This document shows, in pieces, positions 15,957 through 20,000 of a DNA stretch of 20,000 nucleotides. Made by a program: the position numbers and the translations under genes. This stretch comes from an uncultured virus (IMG/VR IMGVR_UViG_3300033066_000417) (taxonomy: Duplodnaviria > Heunggongvirae > Uroviricota > Caudoviricetes): IMG/VR virus record IMGVR_UViG_3300033066_000417; one strand, written 5' to 3'. Within the stretch, counting starts at the first letter, position 1. Each line of letters begins with the position of its first letter. Under the pieces are notes generated by a model that had not been told where the DNA came from, ran no database searches, and was given only the letters and a program-made list of their open reading frames with translations.

Positions 15957-16344
15957 TATTAAAGTAACTCAGATACTTTTGGATACTCCAGTGCTTATGA
16001 AAGCCACTCTCAACTCAGTAGAAGAGTATGAGGAGTTTAAACAAGACTGGGAAAATAATAACTTTGAAACAGAGGATAAGAAAGTCAGACTTTGGATTCA
16101 GCTTACTGTAAAGAGTAAAGAGGCATTCGGAGATGACTTGAATTATTGGAAAAAATTTAGTAACTTAGAGGAACTGAGATTTGATATTTCTGAGCTCAAA
16201 GGCGAAACAATTACCAGAGAGGTTTACATAAAGCCTAACGCTACTCTGGTTGAAAAAGCTGTAGGCTGGGCAGAGACAAAAGGTTTGCAGGTAACAGAGT
16301 TTCAAAAAAATAAACTAGTGGAGTTAGAGAATGTTTGCATATGA
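15934..16344 (+). CDS. Probable C-terminal part of the SbcD/Mre11-like nuclease
   Basis: Same frame as 14533-15327. It continues as ...FNIIE|VISKFNIKVTQILLDTP..., the expected position of the strand and capping domain after the YAGS..FGE motif. Confidence 0.65.
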   Translation: MEVISKFNIKVTQILLDTPVLMKATLNSVEEYEEFKQDWENNNFETEDKKVRLWIQLTVKSKEAFGDDLNYWKKFSNLEELRFDISELKGETITREVYIKPNATLVEKAVGWAETKGLQVTEFQKNKLVELENVCI

Positions 16345-16609
16345 GTTTACAATAGAGAATGAGAACACTAAAGCTGATGTGTGGTCGCCTTTAGTAGGCA
16401 GTGTAAAATACCAGACTGTAATGCCACATGATTATAATAAAATCATAAACAGTAAACCTGTGCTTACTAAAATGTCAGAGTTAGTTGGCGAGTTTAGTGT
16501 AATTGCTGTTATAGATGAAAGTTCAGCCAAAGGGTTTAGTACTGTAGAAGAAGCTTTCTGGGATATACAATCAAACGAACTATATAAGAAAGATAAAAAT
16601 GCTGACTAA
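16331..16609 (+). CDS. Hypothetical protein
   Basis: 92-aa ORF overlapping both neighbours in operon fashion. Confidence 0.7.
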   Translation: MFAYEFTIENENTKADVWSPLVGSVKYQTVMPHDYNKIINSKPVLTKMSELVGEFSVIAVIDESSAKGFSTVEEAFWDIQSNELYKKDKNAD

Positions 16610-16904
16610 AGATTATAAAGTCGAAATAGAAAATGCTCTTGGTAAGTTTACTTTTTACTATGATAAAGATTTTATTAATGAACACCAGAGTGAGTTTGAA
16701 AAATTTGGTACCGACCACACAACTATAAGGTTGTGGCTTGAGTCCAGAGGGTTTGACAATCTGGAAGAGATACTAATGATGACTAATCCATGCGAAGGTG
16801 GTAACTTGGAAGGATGTCTTGAATTTGATTTTAATTATAAAGCTTTACAAAAAGCTTATGAATCGTTAAAGAGTATAAAATTAGAAAATTTAATTATTAT
16901 GTAA
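16599..16904 (+). CDS. Hypothetical acidic protein
   Basis: 101-aa ORF coupled to the next gene (TAATG). Confidence 0.7.
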   Translation: MLTKDYKVEIENALGKFTFYYDKDFINEHQSEFEKFGTDHTTIRLWLESRGFDNLEEILMMTNPCEGGNLEGCLEFDFNYKALQKAYESLKSIKLENLIIM

Positions 16905-17266
16905 TGGCAGAAAATTTTATTACAAAAGATTCGGGTAAAAGAGAAGAGTTTTCAACTGGGATGCAAAGAGATACACAAGAAGACAAACCTAGGTTTGATT
17001 TAATATTCCCAGAGGATTTACCTTATGATGAGACAGTTCATTACAGGCTTGCTATGCTTATGATGCGTGGAGCTAAAAAGTACAATGAACGTAACTGGGA
17101 GCAGGCAAAGACTAAAGAGGAATTAAACCGATTTAAAGCATCAGCATTAAGACATTGTATACAATGGTTTTCTGGAGAAATAGACGAAGACCATGCGGTG
17201 GCAACCATGTTTAATATCATGGGGGCAGAATACACAAAATACAAACTAAAACAAAATAATGAGTAA
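16904..17266 (+). CDS. dATP/dGTP diphosphohydrolase-like protein (DUF5664 type)
   Basis: DSGKREEFSTGMQRD..EDKPRFDLI, GAKKY.ERNWE, SALRH and DEDH.VA..FN. Confidence 0.85.
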   Translation: MAENFITKDSGKREEFSTGMQRDTQEDKPRFDLIFPEDLPYDETVHYRLAMLMMRGAKKYNERNWEQAKTKEELNRFKASALRHCIQWFSGEIDEDHAVATMFNIMGAEYTKYKLKQNNE

Positions 17267-17852
17267 AAAAAATATTATTGGAATAGACCTTGATGGGGTC
17301 ATAAGAGATTTTAACAGTATGCTTACCCAGCTACACAATGCTTGTCTAGGTATTGAAAATGTAGATAAGTGGGTAACTCCAGACTTTGAGTGTGAAGAGT
17401 ATGGGCTTTTTTCACATGAGTCTCACTACGACCTTCCAGCACTTAATAAAGTTTGGAAAGAACATCCGCTTGAGATAATGCTTTTTGCAAAACCATATAA
17501 AGATTACATGTGGTTCCTAGACACTTTACTTGCACTTAAAAAACCAGAAGATGAGATGTTGTTTATAACTCATCAGTACACAGAAGATGCAAAAGTAGCA
17601 ACTGCATTATGGGCTAAGAAATACAAACTTTACAATTATGGAGATATACTGTTCGAGTCGGGAGATGAAAAATGGAGACATTGCAATATTTTAATAGATG
17701 ATAAAATAGAAAATCTGACCCAACTACAACTTAATGTTCCTGATAGTATTCCAATCTGTTGTGCTAGAGCTTGGAATGCAACAATAGATAGAAGTATATT
17801 TAGAGGTGGCTATGCTGAAATTTTAGCACATTTACAACCTAAACTAAGATGA
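17259..17852 (+). CDS. HAD-superfamily 5'(3')-deoxyribonucleotidase-like protein
   Basis: HAD motif I IDLDGV, motif II FIT, motif III K, motif IV LIDD..ENL, and C-terminal WN. Confidence 0.85.
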   Translation: MSKKNIIGIDLDGVIRDFNSMLTQLHNACLGIENVDKWVTPDFECEEYGLFSHESHYDLPALNKVWKEHPLEIMLFAKPYKDYMWFLDTLLALKKPEDEMLFITHQYTEDAKVATALWAKKYKLYNYGDILFESGDEKWRHCNILIDDKIENLTQLQLNVPDSIPICCARAWNATIDRSIFRGGYAEILAHLQPKLR

Positions 17853-19900
17853 TATTAAAAAGACTAGAATTATATAACTGCCTTGGCATACTTAACGGTA
17901 TAGGTCAAGAGAGAATTGAAATTGACTTCTCTTCTTTTAAGAAAGGTCTAATACTTATACAGGGTAAGTCTGGCACAGGTAAGAGTACACTTCTTAACAA
18001 TTGCCAACCATTCCGTGGTAAGTTCAAAGATAATTTTTTATCTGATGGTTACCGATATCTGGAATTTGAATTTAAAGGTAACACTTATCTATCACAAGTA
18101 TATGTAGAAAAAGCTATGCTCTTTAAAAATGGAGAGCTACTGAATCAGACCCAAAAACTAAAAGAGTATGATGAGGTTTTAGAAGAAGAGATAGGAAGCG
18201 AAGATGCTTTTACTAAACTTCTTTATGCAGGTAGACGTTTCAAAAACATTCTTGATTTAACTAAGGGTGAGAAGAAGGATTTAATTGTTGATTATCTTCT
18301 TGAAGACCTTAAAAAGTACGATGAGTATCAAGCTAAGATTAAAAAAGAATATGACAGTAAACTTACTTTAATCAGGGAGTATGAAATAAGACTTGAAGGG
18401 GCTGAAGCTTTAGAAAATGAATGTTCTTTCTTAGAATCAGATATTGACTTATCTAATATAAGTCTAGAAGCTTGCAATGCTGAGCTAGAGTCACTGGAGA
18501 ATGAACAGAAAGATTACATTGATAAGAAAAAAGAAAATGATGAGCTTAAAGAAAAAATAAACTTAAAAGTACAAGAACAAACTACACACAGATTAACACT
18601 TGATTCATTGACTCGTGAGCTGGAGCGTATAAAAGAAAAAATGCAATCTGGTGCTTCACGCTATGTTCAATTACAAGCTTCCATTAAAGAAGCTGGTATA
18701 GATAATTTTGAAGACATAGATGAAGAGAGTCTTAGGTCAAAAAAAGAAGAGTACAAAAAGTTAGTACGGGATAGTGAGGAAGTAAAAAGAGGTCTGGAAA
18801 GTGAATGTAAAGCTAAACTTCAGACTTTCATTTCTAAACAGGATGACTTCTTTAAGTTAAAAGAAACTACATTACCTTGTGATTCTTCTTTACAAATAAA
18901 ATGTCCTTTAACTAAAAATAGGGATGTAAATAAGCTCTTAGCAGATACAGAAAAGGAAGTGGAAGACTTACAAACACTCCATGAGACGGCTGTAAAAGAC
19001 TTTAATTTGTACAAAGTTGTAGACTACTCGAAAGAAATAGAAGATATTGATACTAAACTAGTACAAGCAAGAAAACAACGTGAAGTACAAGGCTTAAAAT
19101 TAGAGCTTGAGACTTTAATAGCTACTGCTGGAGAACTTAAAACTCAGAAAGCTGAAGCAGAAGACAAGCTTGTTGAGCCTAGGTCTAGATTTGATTCTCT
19201 AATAGATGTAATAGACAGCCTTAAAGCAAAGCTGTCAGACAGCTTAGTAGACCGTTCCACTGATATCTCTGATTGTAAAATTGAAATTGCTAAGATAGAA
19301 ACTAAGATATCTGAAAGCAGGAAAAGAATCGAAAGCAATAAAGAAAAAATAGCTCAACTATCTGACCTAAAAACTAGTTTACATGACCTAAAGAAGGAAG
19401 CAGAAGAATATCCACTTCTTATTGAATTCTTTTCAAACACTGGAGCAAAAGTATTTGACCTCCAGAATGCAGGTAACCAGATATCAGACGTAGCTAATAA
19501 CCTTTTAAGCAACTATAAGAACAAAAATATTAAGATTCAATTTGAAACCCTAAAAGCAAATGCGAAGGGTGAGCTTAAAGAAGTGTTTGATATACAAAAT
19601 CAAATGGATGGGGGAGACTGGAAAACTTATGCATCTGATGGTGAAACTGTTGTGATAAGTAATTCCATAAGAGAGGCTATGTGTTATCTAAGACAAACTC
19701 ATGATTTTAAAACTGTGTTCGTAGATGAGCTTGATGGTTCGATAGATAGTGAATCAAGAGTAGGGTTTATGAAGCTTCTGGAAGACGGTGCGGAGCTAAA
19801 TCAAAGATATCATACATTTTTAATCTCACACTCAGAAGAAGTAAAATCATATGTTGAACAAAAAATAATTTTTAAAGATGGAGAAATAATAGTATCATGA
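17849..19900 (+). CDS. sbcC: SbcC/Rad50-like ATPase
   Basis: Walker A GKSGTGKS, long coiled coils around a central PC-x7-CP, signature ASDGE, Walker B/D-loop VFVDELDGSID, and H-switch ISH. Confidence 0.92.
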   Translation: MILKRLELYNCLGILNGIGQERIEIDFSSFKKGLILIQGKSGTGKSTLLNNCQPFRGKFKDNFLSDGYRYLEFEFKGNTYLSQVYVEKAMLFKNGELLNQTQKLKEYDEVLEEEIGSEDAFTKLLYAGRRFKNILDLTKGEKKDLIVDYLLEDLKKYDEYQAKIKKEYDSKLTLIREYEIRLEGAEALENECSFLESDIDLSNISLEACNAELESLENEQKDYIDKKKENDELKEKINLKVQEQTTHRLTLDSLTRELERIKEKMQSGASRYVQLQASIKEAGIDNFEDIDEESLRSKKEEYKKLVRDSEEVKRGLESECKAKLQTFISKQDDFFKLKETTLPCDSSLQIKCPLTKNRDVNKLLADTEKEVEDLQTLHETAVKDFNLYKVVDYSKEIEDIDTKLVQARKQREVQGLKLELETLIATAGELKTQKAEAEDKLVEPRSRFDSLIDVIDSLKAKLSDSLVDRSTDISDCKIEIAKIETKISESRKRIESNKEKIAQLSDLKTSLHDLKKEAEEYPLLIEFFSNTGAKVFDLQNAGNQISDVANNLLSNYKNKNIKIQFETLKANAKGELKEVFDIQNQMDGGDWKTYASDGETVVISNSIREAMCYLRQTHDFKTVFVDELDGSIDSESRVGFMKLLEDGAELNQRYHTFLISHSEEVKSYVEQKIIFKDGEIIVS

Positions 19901-20000
19901 TACAGTACGATAATTATCCTACCAGTGTTGACTTTAAACATATAAATATTACAAGAGACTTCTATGGTGAAGGTGCAAGAAAAACTGTTGTGTATGGAGT
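19897..20000 (+). CDS. Start of the next gene (3'-truncated)
   Basis: ATGA overlap with the sbcC stop; the frame MIQYDNYPTSVDFKHINITRDFYGEGARKTVVYG stays open to the window end. Confidence 0.6.
   Translation, partial: MIQYDNYPTSVDFKHINITRDFYGEGARKTVVYG

Noticed and set aside
16904..17852. 2-aminoadenine (Z-base) or other modified-base pathway
   Set aside because: The dATP/dGTP diphosphohydrolase-like and HAD genes are common in phages, and no purZ or modification enzyme is present in the window.
2301..19338. Minus-strand ORFs and nested alternative-frame ORFs in the supplied track (e.g. 4479-4853, 6376-6822, 15605-15916, 1077-1283, 15131-15319)
   Set aside because: They lie on or opposite well-supported + strand genes, have no motifs, and look like shadow ORFs.
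1..20000. Stop-codon reassignment as in some crAss-like or Lak phages
   Set aside because: Genes are full length under the standard code. TAG ends the AAA and DUF3150-like genes just before terminators, and TGA occurs in normal ATGA overlaps.

Overview
AT-rich (roughly one-third GC by eye) bacteriophage genome segment with all credible genes on the + strand and standard stop-codon usage. Six matching TTG-N20-TAnnYTTG promoters suggest a Bacteroidota/FCB-type host. In order, the window holds: the 3' part of a tail-fibre-like structural gene; a metallophosphoesterase; a sigma-70 region-2-only protein with an overlapping small partner; a dispersed three-gene module (MoxR-like AAA ATPase, DUF3150-like protein, DUF2201-like HExxH/vWA protein); a run of small early-type genes; a peptide deformylase; one intact and one catalytically degenerate PolB-type 3'-5' exonuclease; an SbcD/Mre11-like nuclease gene split by an intron-less HNH endonuclease; nucleotide-pool enzymes; and an SbcC/Rad50-like ATPase. 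The most unusual element is a tRNA-like RNA (8473-8588) with intact acceptor, D and T arms whose anticodon loop is replaced by a ~48-nt two-hairpin junction. Also notable are the split sbcD, a lipoprotein gene broken at a U-UUA-AAA slippery heptamer, and apparent absence of GATC. All family assignments come from motif recognition; no database searches were run.
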